Part shown: positions 12,180-25,660 of the stretch, in pieces
Layout of the letters: every line of letters begins with the position of its first letter
Numbering within the stretch: the stretch's first letter is position 1
Source: Antedon mediterranea
Taxonomy: Eukaryota > Animalia > Echinodermata
Direction of reading: 5' to 3'
Length of the DNA: 64,000 nt
Assembly (NCBI RefSeq): GCF_964355755.1
Contig: NC_092675.1
Location: forward strand, 28,058,912-28,122,911
Notes under the pieces: model-generated
Databases searched by the model: none
The model's input: only the letters and a program-made list of their open reading frames with translations
Told to the model about the DNA's origin: nothing
Made by a program: the position numbers and the translations under genes

Positions 12180-14600
12180 TATTTATAATTTTAACATAGC
12201 ACCCAACCAAGAAACATCTGTGTATTTAAAACCTGAAGTATTGTTGTTTTCTTTTCCCTACCTACCTACCCTTAACTTGTTCACATTAAATGATATATTT
12301 ATCTAGCTACATCCCTGATGTACACAGTGGAGAATATGCTACATTGTGTTGCTGCAAAATGGTACTATGTAGAATGGGTGACCTAAGAAGGGTTCAACAA
12401 TGTTACATTACTATTTTGTTTGGGTCTTATTTTTGTCCTAAGCTAGAGAGTTTCTTACATTGTTCCTAACAGAGGGTTTTCCTTATTTTTCTTTGGTACA
12501 ATATTTCTGTAACAAATGTTTTGTTTACTTAACAGACATGTATTATTTGTTTTGAGCTTGTAAGCATTGTGTCTGTTTTTCATCAAAACAACCAGAATCT
12601 TTCTTTCCAGTCATATATCCTTTTGATTACGCCATTTCCATTTTTTATATAGTCACGTATCTTTTACTTTTGTTCATGATATTTTGTAACAAAAGTTTCA
12701 GTGAAAAATTAACAGAGAGCAATAACATTAAGGCCAATTAACAACTGACACCGTATCAAGTCAAAACATCTGTTTAGAAACTGTACACTTGCATTGTCAT
12801 TGGGTGTGAAATCACAAAAGACCTCACACTACGTACACATCACCTGCATTTGTTTAAAAAGGCATCCTCCTTATCACACAAAAAGTTGAAAATAAAATTA
12901 TCACAAAATAAAATCCATAATTTGCTAGTTTTATCGAGTAACACTGACTCGAGTCTAGATTTGTACCCGGTTTAGCACGGGAAATTAACATAAATCCTAT
13001 GCCTTAATTACTTGTAATCTTCTCTGATAAAGTCATTAGCAAAGTTGTTAAATACGGCATGACAATGCACCTTGCTTTTGACCTTGCTTATTATTTGCGA
13101 ACAAAAAACGATGAAACTCAATTTTTTTGTGACAGTTTTTTCCCCTTTTGCTTCACCCTTGCTTTAACAATGCATGCCTGTTGGAAGGGAGGCGACCTGA
13201 CTCAGTTTCCTGCGAGTTCTTCGAGGTGTACATCACGTAGAGATGAACCAAGAAACGAGTCATCTTCTGACACATGTGTATTTCTTCACCTCTGTAGGGG
13301 GTGTTGCCACCATTATGTCCTCAAATTTGGGTTACTGTTCAGGGATGTTTTTCAGCACCGTAATGTCTGTCTGTCCGTCATTAGAGCTATTAAAATAAAA
13401 CTGTAATTTAGTAAAATGAATCTGTCATTATGAATGACAAGGTGCTTTTATGATGAAAAAAAAGTGTCAAGAAGGAATAATTTACTCATTCATCACATGA
13501 CAAGATAGTTCATCTACTATATGCTTATAAATATATATATTCTCTAGAATTCTGAGTTCAAATCCTGCCAGAGGTCAATATTTTTTCTCATGACAAAATT
13601 CTACTAGTAATGTTAATATAATACTTGGTTTTTGTAGAGCATCCAATGACAGCACTTGTCAAAATAAATAAATATACTGTATATAAAAACAAGAAAGCAA
13701 GCATATTTCAACCTTTTGGTGTACTATACTCTTAGTCAAATTTGTGATACCTAACAATTATATTTTATTTGTGTATTCTCTCCTATTGTTATTCATTTTA
13801 GAACTTTATTTGACTATACTCTCCAATTATATCAAAATAAAACAATAAATTAAAATTTTATTTTAATCATAGAAATAGACTTTTTGCTATTTTTATGAAA
13901 GATTTTTGGTCTAAGATTAAATCGGTTTAAGAACGGAACAGTAGCCAATCCTTGGCAAATTAAAAGAATTCCCTCATTGATATTTCAGGAATAGAAACAC
14001 TTTCTTTTTGTAAAAGTATTCCTAAAGTGAACATAAGAAAGTGATACTCCATTAGAGATTTAGCAATCAGAGATAATTGGGAAATAGGTAATATTTATAA
14101 TTCTATTGATTAGGTATAATTACTTATCAATTACCTTTTTTCACAAAAGAGATTTTCTGTAAGACTTTAAGAATAAAAATATTTATTATTGTACAATACT
14201 ATATTGCAATGATAATATAATGTTGGCCCAAAAAAGAAGAACTTAGCTTGGAACTGACTGTAGGAAGATTTGCACCAACCAACAAAATATACTACTTTAT
14301 TTTTGTTTACACTAGTTCAATAAACATTTATTTCAAAATGGTCATTTTTTTTCATTTACAAACAATATTATAACAATATACAATAATCAACAATTTATAT
14401 AAGACCATTTTAGGGATCAAAGAAGTTAAACTTGTTTCACAATGACCCCCAAAAAATAAAAAAGAAGAGAACATAACGGTACTGTTAACACACAACACAT
14501 AAAACGCATACAGGCAATGTTAAAATATAACTATTTACATGAAATATTAAAATAAAATAATACCACTAAAATTATATATTTTGTCATGAGGTATTAACTA

Positions 14601-14726
14601 ACATAATGTAGCATACTATAAAAGTTAGTTGATTCCAGCAAATACAGTAAATTATCTTAAAAGTGAACCATTCATCTAGGCTGGTTGAGTTTTTCCGATG
14701 CTATAATAATATGGTCACACCATACT
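14601..14726. repeat. 126-bp direct repeat, left copy (right copy 14980..15105)
   Basis: The copies are identical except for one substitution (ccagcaaatac vs ccagcagatac) and flank a SINE. Confidence 0.95.
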
Positions 14727-14970
14727 CTAAAAGGTAAAGGTGAGTCCCGTGTTCTCTGAACGTAGGGGAATGAGCTGTTAGGAGCTCATTGTACTAAGCC
14801 TCGGCATTATGTGGTAGGGTGGCCAGTTCCTTTCCACGCCGCCTTTTTTCTCCCTAGTATTTTCAACCAGGTACTCATTTTACAGTTGAGTGGACTGGGA
14901 GTTGTCGGGAATTGAACCCGGGTCTATCTGTATGACAGTCAAGTGTCCTAACCACTTGCTATCCAACTCC
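14727..14970 (-). mobile_element. tRNA-derived SINE with an ACCTTT-type tail
   Basis: On the minus strand: ggagttggatagcaagtggttagg (A box), gggttcaattccc (B box), core ccactcaactgtaaaatgagtacc, 3' end cacctttacctttt. Confidence 0.85.
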
Positions 14971-14979
14971 ATATAGCAT

Positions 14980-15105
14980 ACATAATGTAGCATACTATAA
15001 AAGTTAGTTGATTCCAGCAGATACAGTAAATTATCTTAAAAGTGAACCATTCATCTAGGCTGGTTGAGTTTTTCCGATGCTATAATAATATGGTCACACC
15101 ATACT
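14980..15105. repeat. 126-bp direct repeat, right copy
   Basis: Matches 14601..14726. Confidence 0.95.
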
Positions 15106-17286
15106 GTAGGCAATTCAAAAACTTTATTTTGGAAATGAACTTCAAAAACAGGGAGAATTAGTACATTGTGTCTATGTTTTTCTGTTACTTTTTTATAGGT
15201 GTAAAATGATATACAAAATTAGTATGCAAATGTACTTTCAATTTGGATCGTCCAACCAAATGGCCAAACGAAAAAAAAAAGGAATATTTAAAGTTTACAA
15301 AGGCAATTAGACTGTGTACTTTCAAAACAGAAGTGTTTCATTAGACAACATTTCCTTTGACATTTATAAGATTATCTGTGATGAAGTGAAAGTTATTTCT
15401 TCAGACTAGGAAAAGAAACATCTTTATGCTTAATGAAATTGTCAGTTTTTCACCAGGATACACAACATACACTGAATCATTCGGCCGATACCTACAAACC
15501 AACCACTATTTGTTTGCAATCTTTCTAATTAAGAGTGACATGTTGTAATTCGTAGTGGATTTCCTGCCTTGCGGGACTTTTACATTGCAGAATTACTCTG
15601 TAAAGAAAACAACCGTGTCAGACTAGTATTCCTCCTGTGATTCCAATCCTGAGTTTAGCTCTCGCGATTGATTTCCCGACCCCAGAGTATTGCAAAAAAT
15701 TTATACTTGGGTCAGGTTTAGCGTCGTAGGAGACTAAGAACACGTACATTTCAGACACATTGTTCTAATTTCCGTCTGTGCGCTATAACGTACTGCAACA
15801 GACGCGCTGTTAACCGTGTTGCGTTTGTGATATATCGGTAATCCAGGTAATTCAGAAGGTGCGTCAAACAGTGATACTGCATATCTGTGTATTAGCTATA
15901 TTGTAAAGTCCCAAAGGGTGATTAACCCTTGTAACTCTAGCTACTGGCAAAACGTACTAAACTTCACAGTAAAATAAATTCTGTTATGTAATCTGGTTAA
16001 ATACTGTCTGTAAAACAATTGGGTATTCCTGGGTATACTTGTGTACATATTTTGACTTTGTCTATACAGTACTTGATTTGAGTATTTTATTGTACCTTAA
16101 AGTTTTTCAACTCACTTTGTATGAAAAGCAATGTTGACAGTTCCGGTGCTCATATCAACAAGAATTAACTTTTTTAAAATCCTTTGTTATTGTTTTAACT
16201 TTATACATTAGATATTCAAGTTACTTTTTTTAATTGTAACAAGTAACTGGCACAAAGAAACTAGCAAGTAACCAAATTTTGATAAATTAATTCTACAGAA
16301 AGATAAATTCTTTCCCAATATTACATCCAGCCTTTTATATTCCAACAATTAGGTAGGCCAACATCCTTTGTCTATTTATTAATTAATGTAATTAATGTTT
16401 ATAGGATTTTTTGGGGGAAATTCAATAAAAGGTAGCTTTTGTAATCTATTTTACAAATATCCGAACCACTTTGCTACAGGGTACCAAATGGAAATGACAT
16501 TGTAATAATTAGTGATTTTATTTCCATTTGTAGTTAATTCAATTTCAAATGTTGGTGTAAAGTTGATCAGAGGTAAACAATCTTAAAAGTTCTAACGCTT
16601 ATAGTGGTCATCTTTTTCTCAAAAAACTATAGTTTGCAATTTTTCACTATTGCAATTGTAACAAATCTGAAAAAAATTTGTTTTAAAGTTTTTAACAGTA
16701 ATTTTCTTGTTGAATATTAGTTAGCAAGTTTATCGCCATGTCTGCGTGATGTGTACCGAGTAAATTTTCTATAAATTATACATATGAACTATGATTCAGA
16801 TTTAATTGACCCCACGAGAAATTACAAAGTAATTTTCGCTGTTTACCTCATTACAAATAATCAGTGTAAAACTGACCCTTGGCTTACAAATACAACACTT
16901 TTCAACCCATGGGAATCGCAGTAAAATGCCTATGTCACAGAAGTGTTGGGAAAAATAGACGAAAAAAATTAATAATGTTTAGGTCATCTCCCAGTGGGGA
17001 GTTCCAATTACGAGGTGTAGATTTTATGTTCCTGCACTACGCACCACTGTCGTGAAATATTGGAGAAACCTCTGTTGCAGTTAGCAGCTGTCTATGTTAA
17101 AGGTTTTTATACCACAGAAATGAAAGTGGAATCAATAAAGGAAACAGTTAACTTAAAAAGGTGTGAAGTTCCTATTTAAATCCTTAAGACAGATAAAGTA
17201 AATAGTTTATTGAATTAATTGGTATTAACACTTATGTAAGTCTGTAACATTTAAAGCGAAACCATTGATGCTGCTGAAACTAGCAA

Positions 17287-17350
17287 TCTGTTAAACAAAA
17301 GTAAATATCTGTTAAACAAAAGTAAATATCTGTTAAACAAAAGTAAATAT
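17287..17350. repeat. 21-bp tandem repeat x3 (atctgttaaacaaaagtaaat)
   Basis: Directly visible. Confidence 0.9.
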
Positions 17351-17380
17351 AAAGTTTGAACGTTTAAGTTTTGAATGATT

Positions 17381-17880
17381 TGATTCAGATTCAATTTATT
17401 AAGTCCATATGGTACAATAATATTGTTATTGTTGTTTCTTGGATGAAAAACACAAACAAAACAAAACACATATATATATATATATATACATTCATGATCA
17501 ACATGGAACTTAACAACTGATCAAAATACAACAGACCTCATGACTTATCTTTGGAACTCATTGTTGTGTAGTCTAATAGCACTAGGTAAGAATATATATT
17601 TATGTCTTTGTTTTAACTGGAATTGTTGTTAATCTTCCAGATCTGGTAACTACTAACTTATTGTTGAGAATATGATATCCATCCACTAAAATACTATTTA
17701 ATTTAGATATCATTTCATCATTACTCATTTGTGTGATATCTTTAATCTCGACACCAGTAATTTTGCTTGCATTCTTAACTATTCTGTTTAACTTACTAAA
17801 TTTGTCTTTGTTAGACCATATACCCAAGTAACACAACAAAAGCTTAATACAGATTGAATAACACTTTGATAAAAAAAAAA
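17381..17880 (-). mobile_element. Rex1/Babar-like LINE 3' fragment (frameshifted)
   Basis: The minus strand gives FYQSVIQSVLSFCCVTW / KDKFSKLNRIVKNASKITG...HILNNKLVVTRSGRLTTIPVKT / FLPSAIRLHN, matching the Rex1-type C-terminus. It ends in AATAAA plus a (tgaatc)n tail. Confidence 0.8.
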
Positions 17881-17934
17881 GATTGTTGTTTATACTTACA
17901 GTATTATAAATCCAAAGGCAAATTACTGAAAAAA

Positions 17935-18075
17935 TGACAATGCTGTGGGTATCAGTGGCTGGATCTCAATGGAGATACAAAAATAAAAGCGAAAAGCTAA
18001 ATCAAAACGAGAAGTAAAACAGCCAGAAAAGTTAGCAGAGCTTTCGGGCAACACTAGCCCTTCATCAATGTAATA
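17935..18075 (-). mobile_element. Penelope-like element terminal fragment carrying a minimal hammerhead-like motif
   Basis: Minus strand 18068-18038 reads TTGATGAA-GGGC-tagtgtt-GCCC-GAAA-GCTC, followed by a U-rich tract. Confidence 0.6.
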
Positions 18076-20613
18076 CTTACAGTATTATATTTACATTAAA
18101 ATGTGTACTCTACCTATATACTTGTACCTATACATTAAATAAACACTTGATTGATTGATATTACATTCCATCTGAAGGCTGGTTGGAAGAAAATGTTTGA
18201 TTAGATTAAATTCAACTAAATATATTATTGTTCTGTGTTTCTTCTTTTCCATACTTACAGTAGGGATTTGTCCTTTTTTGTTTTCATTTAATTAAATTAT
18301 CATGTCTAATGACAATTTTTCCTTTTAATAAGAAGTTATATAACATGTAGTGTTGCTGTAGCTTCTTGACTTGCATTTTTTTTCCATTCTGATCTTCAGG
18401 CTTAACTGACCATGTCATCCTATCTCATCTTCTTTTTATTTTGGTTAATACTCAAACCCCATTGAGTATTTACCAAAAGTTAATATGACACAGAAAAACC
18501 ATAGTAAAGTGTGCCCTCTATAAAGTTGCATACAATGTTTACTACTCAGGGGCAGATCCAGAATGATTTAAGCGGGGAGCGGAGCGCTAAACATAATACT
18601 TTTAATCTGTTTTTGTTTGTTTTTTTATGAACCAATCCAATAAAATTCTTATATTGCACCACAGCATTTACCTAGCACATAATATATACATAATTTTTTA
18701 ATTTCATCAATAATATAAATGTGTGTATTCTATTTTTTATTGTAATTTAATTTTTTAATTTCTTATTTTAGTCTTCCTGCTCATAATTTAAGAAACAATG
18801 ATCTTTGCTTTCCATTTTGTATAGACAATGTTCTAAAAAAATTTTGATATTGTGTAATGTTGTCTTAAACCATATCAATTCAGTTGAGATCCATTTTTAT
18901 GGCCTGTCACTAATTGCTCTTTTTTATTTTATTTATTTCATGGATTACTTTTATTTTTATGTAAAGCGAATAGAGGCTTTATGCATTATGCGCTTAAAAG
19001 TCCAAATTTATTATTATATGATTATTCTTCAAGTTCAAGTTTATTGTTTCACACAATACAATACAATATGAACAGAAACATAAATTTATAATACAATTGT
19101 GTGAGGAGGACGCATTAAGCCATTATTTATATATTTTTATTTTATTTTATTAATTTTAGCAACATTAAAACAATACATAAACTTTGAGTGTGCCAAGGAG
19201 TGGCAAAAGAGGTCAAAGGACCACTGTCACCATAAGGCGTGCCACACCAGCACTCAAAGCATACAATAAAACATAAAACAATGTAAATATGTAATAGTAA
19301 TACCATAATTATATACATTATATACTATTGACAGATTTGTTTCTGCTGCTGTTTTTGGTTTGAAAAATAATAAATAAATAAATAGACCAAGAATCTCGCA
19401 ATTATCTCAGGTGTAATATTATCACTGACCATGAAATTGATACAATACTGTCAACTATTGAATAACAAAGTAAACAGTATTGTTAAAATAACAACTACAA
19501 CACACTGACATGATTCAGCAAATTTAGACTATTAAAACAACTTATGATTTCACCAGGTTTATTTCCATGAATTTGGCTCTGTTCAAATGACACTTTCAAC
19601 TGCTAAGTGGTTTCACATGGGTGTTTATTAAAAATAGAAATACTTACATTGAAAATTGCCATATGCAAAATTATATATGTGGGTAACTGACATCTACATT
19701 TTGGTTCTTCTGTATTGAGACCACTCTGCCCAATTTTTGTACAAGTGTAGTGTACATTTTTGTCTCTCTCTTCCCGTGTGCTCTTTCCCTCCATCATCAA
19801 TAGAACCATGAGAGACCTGAATTAAGTATCAATCCCATGCTCAAGTATAATACCACTCTCGAATTTAAGCTAAATTTGTACCCAGACCCTCCCCTGGGAC
19901 TAGACTAGGTCAACAGTAGTAGGCATAAATCAGAAAAAAGATATAAAAATTGCATATTCTGATATTATACAAAGTTTTTACCGGTTTATAAATTATACTC
20001 AAAATATTTGAATACATGAGAATTAGAAAAACACATTGACTATCCCTTTAACGTGAACAATTTAATATGTTGTTACTGAAAATAAATATATAAATATATA
20101 AATGTTGTTTTCATTTAAAATGCATAGTTTGGCTCATGTCAAACAGCATCAGGTGACAGTCAAATTATTAACATAATATTGGAGGAGTGTCCGAAGTATT
20201 AACTTCTCCCAGGGGCCAGCATGACATGGCAGATTCGTATTAGCTACACCAATTTTTTAAGTGCTTAAAGCCACGATGACTTCCTCGATTAGCCTTCGGT
20301 GGGCTGTCCATGTGTTATGCCATGCTTTCTGGTGACTCTCCACATCACACATGCTAAGTAGGATTACCTGTCCTGTGCCCCGATTTTACATTTATAAAAT
20401 AATTAATTTTTATAAATCATTATCTAGACTTTCTGGTCTTATAGTATCAGTTTATATTTATTCTTATTATACATACTTTGCATTTCTTTTCATTATGAAA
20501 AGTTGATTTGTTTATTTACAAGCAATATACAGCAGTACACATATACTGCATGATCAAAAGAATAATGTTTTGGGGGGAAATCCCTCTTTTGATTTCAATT
20601 AGAATCTTTTTTA

Positions 20614-20762
20614 AGCTCTGTCTACACTACCATCAAATTAGTTTGACAAAAAAGTGTGATGTGCCCAAATATGGTAGTGATATGCCCAAATATGATAGTG
20701 ATATGACATCATTTTGTCCATATATGGGCACATCACATTTTTTTTATAGTGTAGACAGAGCT
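20614..20762. mobile_element. MITE family A copy 2
   Basis: agctctgtctacacta...tagtgtagacagagct with the same internal core. Confidence 0.88.
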
Positions 20763-22960
20763 TATAACTCGGGGAAATTGTTCATAGAGTAGTGTACTGT
20801 TGATTTAAACAGCCTAGAGCATTATGAATAAAAAGTACAATATTAAAAAATTAAAAATACTAATAAAAACATGATAGAATATTAAACATGTATATATTTA
20901 CGCACATACCCATATACTTTGTGATTACACCAAATCGTCGTCAATTTTTTTCATTTCTAGTACGGTCAAGACGAAACACTTATTGGCATAACAGTTGGAT
21001 TGTGTTACTGTCCTTGTTGGGTTGACAGACATTTTCATTCTTTAACTGTTAATGGAGCTGATTTTGTGAGGCTCGATTCGTGTGCATTTGTTTGTCATCA
21101 TTTAAGCGGAAACAACTGACAAGACACTTGCAAATCTGAGAAATACCCAGATTATGAAAAAACTAATATCATAAAAAAAGTTCAGGTATGTACTTGAGTA
21201 CTACCCTTATTATTTTGTATTTATTCGTCATCCTTTTGATATTTGTCATGCTCTTGATATTTGTCCTCCCCAATGAGCAAGCCACCATGGAGAAGAACCA
21301 AACCATACCACTACTCAATCATGCTCCAATCTTCCTCCATATATTACTCACATGATGTGTGAATCAACCCAACCATAAATTATTTGTTTTGTTTCCTTTA
21401 AAATATATAATGAAATCAGCCCTTTGATATTTGTTCCATCTACGCCATTTTCCATTTACAACTATGAAACATATTGGTTCATAATGATATTTGTCAGTTT
21501 TCTCTTCAAAACAACTTTTGATTTCCATCTTTATGTTTTTTCATGCTTAGGGGTAAATTGTTTCACTCTCATCTCTCATCATTTCTTTCCGGTTTCCATT
21601 TCAGCATTGTTACTAAACTATTGAGATATTGTCTGTACAATTTGAAAGTGACAATAAACTGTAAAAGTGTCAGGCGCAGCCTCCTAAAATTTAACAGCCA
21701 TGTCTTTTAAAAATAAAATAATGACTATTTGATTTTTCTGAAACCCGACAGATCATTTTTATCATGGTATATTTAGGGTCCCCCTAATCTCTAATGCTGG
21801 ATCCGCCCCTGACTGTCTAATTTGTAAGTTTCGCGATAGTACAGTAAGTTAAAGAGATTTTTGTAGTTTTTACTAGACCCACAAATGTTTACAGTTGTCA
21901 AATTTAATACCATATCCATGAAATCAGGTTCTTTTACCACTAACACAATAGCTATTAAATAAATCTCTGTGCTATATAATATAAATTCTCAATATTTTTT
22001 TGTCAATCACTCAGTTTGTGACAGTTATGATATTGCTATGCCAATTTCGCCAACATGACATGACAAGTTTCTCGTTGACATGTACATTTCAACGACCGTT
22101 GATTGGTATGGAACGCACTTTATCGTAACAGCTGAATTTAAATTAAACACTTAAAATATACATCGGTTGAAACTGAGTTATTAGATTATGCCTGATTCAC
22201 ATTCAAATGTATCAAATCATGTCATTGCATCGTATTTTGTGTAATAGTTTTGTAATTGTTTTGTTATGAACGATCATGTTCAATTAATGTCATTTATATT
22301 CCATAATGTAAACAATCAACAAATTGCTGTATGTCAAGTTTATGTGTAGGTATAGAGAGATTTGAAATCAGGGAAAATATACCCTAAAAAAATATCATGC
22401 TTGCTTTCAAAATGCTTGTCATTCCTTTTCAAGCGCTTTTCATAAACACATAAATTGATTGACAGTAATGTAGTTTATGTCTGAAAATACTGAAAAATCT
22501 CCAAAGATTAAAAAACAACATTCGAATAAACATGGTATTCAGTGGCAATCTGTCAAATTGTTTGACAAGCTTTTTACTCTGTAAATGTATTTGTAGAACG
22601 GATGGCTACCTGAGGAAGGGTTGAAATTGTTAGTGGTGTAACAGCTCAAAAAACATTCCCAATTATTTTCCTGTTGATTCGTCAATTTTTTTACAGTACA
22701 CCCAATATCCCAATATTAATTTCAAAATATAACCTGGTGTCTGCATCCTATGAATATTAAACTTCTTCCACCACCCCCCCCCCCCCTTCTTTCTCTTTCT
22801 CCCCACCCCTTCAACCTACTACATAATATTATAGCATCTTATGTCTATAATGTAATTTTTTTTGTATAATGTATTATTTGTATTGTAAATCATCAGGCAT
22901 TTTCGTGATTGTTTATATTTTTTGTTTCATGTGATGACCATAGTGGTTTAAGTAATTAGT

Positions 22961-23105
22961 TAGAGGGCAGACTCCATCCCAAGTAAGCTAAAAACGAAAG
23001 CCAACGTAGAGAGGAACCATCCAAGATGGCTGCATCACATCAGCCAATCAGAATACCCCAGTTTAAAACCGAACCCCTACTCAGTCATGAACCAATCTGC
23101 CTCTA
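22961..23105. mobile_element. Possible short TIR element carrying YY1-like and CCAAT motifs
   Basis: Imperfect inverted ends tagagggcaga/tctgcctcta. The interior contains caagatggctgc and agccaatcag. Confidence 0.35.
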
Positions 23106-24340
23106 GTACCCACATGTTGCGCAAATCAACCCAAGCATATTTAATCTTTATATGAAATTATTTCTTTTATTGCCTTTAAAAATACAATTAATTAAAAAAA
23201 TCTTGCTATTTGTTTGATTCTTTATGATATTTTTAATTAATATGCTAATAATATATATTTTGAAAAGATATTGTAACCATTTTGAAGTTGTTCCATCTCA
23301 TTTTCTTTTCTTTTCGCCTAGTCAGTACTCTATCATATTGACTGACAATCTTTTTTTTTTTTCAATGGTATCATTTTTGGCATTTATACCTTACTGAATA
23401 TTTTCTCGCAATAAACATGCAAAAAAATTATGTGTAGAATGAAAACTTCATCATGACTCATGAAATAGATAGATAGGTCGTTTATATTTATATTCTTGGA
23501 TGGCTCCCAAGCTTAGCAACTTTTATAAAAAAAAAATGTATTATTGGAAAAATATTACTTCAAAGGTAACACAAGTTTATAAACATTGAACATGTGAAAC
23601 GATGTAACAATTAGTTAGGTTCTTCAGGTCTTCATATGTTCTTGTATGTGCTAGTATAATATGCACTTTCTCATTTTTTATGTCTGCCTTCAAGGTATAA
23701 TAAATATATAATTTACAATAAAACAGTTATTTCATTTCATTTATTTTGTCTCCATAAAAATACAAAAAAACATGGACAAAGAACAAAAAACCATCACACA
23801 AAACCAGGCAGAGACAGGATTCCTAAAAAGCGAACTTAAACACTATCTAGTAGGTCTCCTATTGCGCTGATTGTATAAAAAACATTTAGAATAAAATTTT
23901 TAAATGCATATAATACGTCAAAATAAATTAAAATATAAATTGCAATATCACTAAAAATCGTCAATACATAGCAAAATCCTACTTAAAATATATTTTATAT
24001 ATAAAAGTCTTAATACCTGTATTTAAAATAATGAATCTGTTATTTGCAAATCCTGTTGTGAGAAATGGAATTCACTATAAGATGAGATCATCTCTGTACT
24101 ATACAATTTTTCACAAAAGCCCTGATGTAGCAATGTAGACAACTAAAATATTGATGAAATGGTAGGCATACTTTTGTGGGTATAGTCTGAGGACCTTTTG
24201 TCACTTGTTCAGATTTAGGATGTGTTTAGTCTTTGTCTTGAATTGATATAAACTAATTTTTTAATACTGTATATTTCTTGAAGGTTTGCATGGCAAAATC
24301 AATATGAATTGACATAAAGTTTGTGGTACATCACGTGTAT

Positions 24341-24527
24341 AAAGTTCTTATAAAAACTGTTGAGTTTCTCGACGTTTCGATTAATATAGGCCTACTTCAA
24401 TCGTCCTCATACTTATTTTTTTTAAACAAAGCGAACAAAAATGAGTTTGGTGAAAACATCACTTCACACTATGCATTTTTCTTTTCCACTAAACTCTGTA
24501 AATGTCACAGTTTTTTATAGGACTTTT
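24341..24527 (-). mobile_element. Inverted-repeat-bounded fragment with a degenerate Penelope-type hammerhead motif
   Basis: Imperfect IR aaagttcttataaaaactgt / acagttttttataggacttt. Minus strand 24410-24371 reads aTGAGGA-cGATT...AATC-GAAA-CGTC. Confidence 0.45.
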
Positions 24528-25384
24528 TGTGCTGAAAACTTTCAACAGGTTTACTAGTATTTCAATTATTATTTTTTATGTCTTCAAACATTTATTCTGG
24601 TCCTATTTTCAGAAATAAGATTTCTCTATAAAACATGTTTAAGTTAAAACTGTTATTCAGAAGTATCTGTACACTACATTCTGATACCCACTACAGCTAG
24701 ATTAAAAAAAAGTTAATTACATTATGTGCATTCTTAACATGTTAATGTATTCATGTAGTTGATGGGGTGAATGTCTTGTTGGTTAATATAACAATTCTTA
24801 TTTTGTTTGTAATTTATATTGGCAGCTTGTATATAGGAAATAGGATTTGTAGAAGGAAGTTTTCCAACATCAATGCAACACGGCCTGGCTTGCGTCAATG
24901 TAGCGTCGTCGGTGTAACAAGACGCTTTGTAACAACACGCCAATAATCCAACATGTGTTTACAATAAGCGTAGCATTATCGGAATTTCCCGACATTTTAT
25001 AGCATTAAGATCTAAACGCATCGCTAAGCCGGCTAATGAAAGGAAACATCGCAAAATGTTTAACATTTGTTACGATATTGTTACTGTGACAGAATTTTTT
25101 CAGTTTTAATATTTAATGTGTAAAATGTAGATTAAAATACATTTTGTAGCAATAGATGCATTCAATATGAAATAGCGTGACCTACTGTACGTTTGGTCCG
25201 ATAAAGTAAAGTAAAGTAAAGATAGATTTGATGTGGCTTGTTGCATGAAATCTGGACCAAAGATGAAGAAAGTTTATTCTATATTATATAGCTAGCTCTT
25301 TACACTAGATGTACTGTATTATGATTGCTTTATCCCTGCCCTGTATTTTTATTTGTAATTGTATTGTAAGTTAACATGCTGGAA

Positions 25385-25660
25385 TGGTGTTTGGCGCAGT
25401 GTGTTGTACGCTGGACTACTGATCGTAAGATCGCAGTTCGAATCCACCTCTGCCGCATTGCTTGTATACTTACGTTTGCCTCTCTCCACCCAGGTGTATA
25501 AATGGGTACCCGGTTTATAGATCAAGACACAACTTTGAGCTGATTACTAGCTGCATTATGGACGTATGTTTCCAGACGTGTTTAATGCAAAAATGACTGG
25601 GGTAATAATGTTCAGCGCTTAGAGGTTTCACAACATAAAACCAGGATATTGTTATTGTTA
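25385..25660 (+). mobile_element. tRNA-derived SINE with a conserved core and L2-like 3' end
   Basis: A box tggcgcagtg, B box gttcgaatcc, core ctctctccacccaggtgtataaatgggtacc, 3' agcgcttagag and an attgtt-type tail. Confidence 0.8.

Noticed and set aside
20508-20792. ORFs sharing CDVPKYG/YMGTSHFF peptides (also 32651, 42591, 55464)
   Set aside because: They are translations of the non-coding MITE family A, not a gene family.
18547-21811. Single 3.3-kb hAT element between caggggcagatccag and ctggatccgcccctg
   Set aside because: The flanks (ttactact vs actgtcta) give no 8-bp TSD and the interior looks like ordinary mixed DNA. These are more likely independent fragments.
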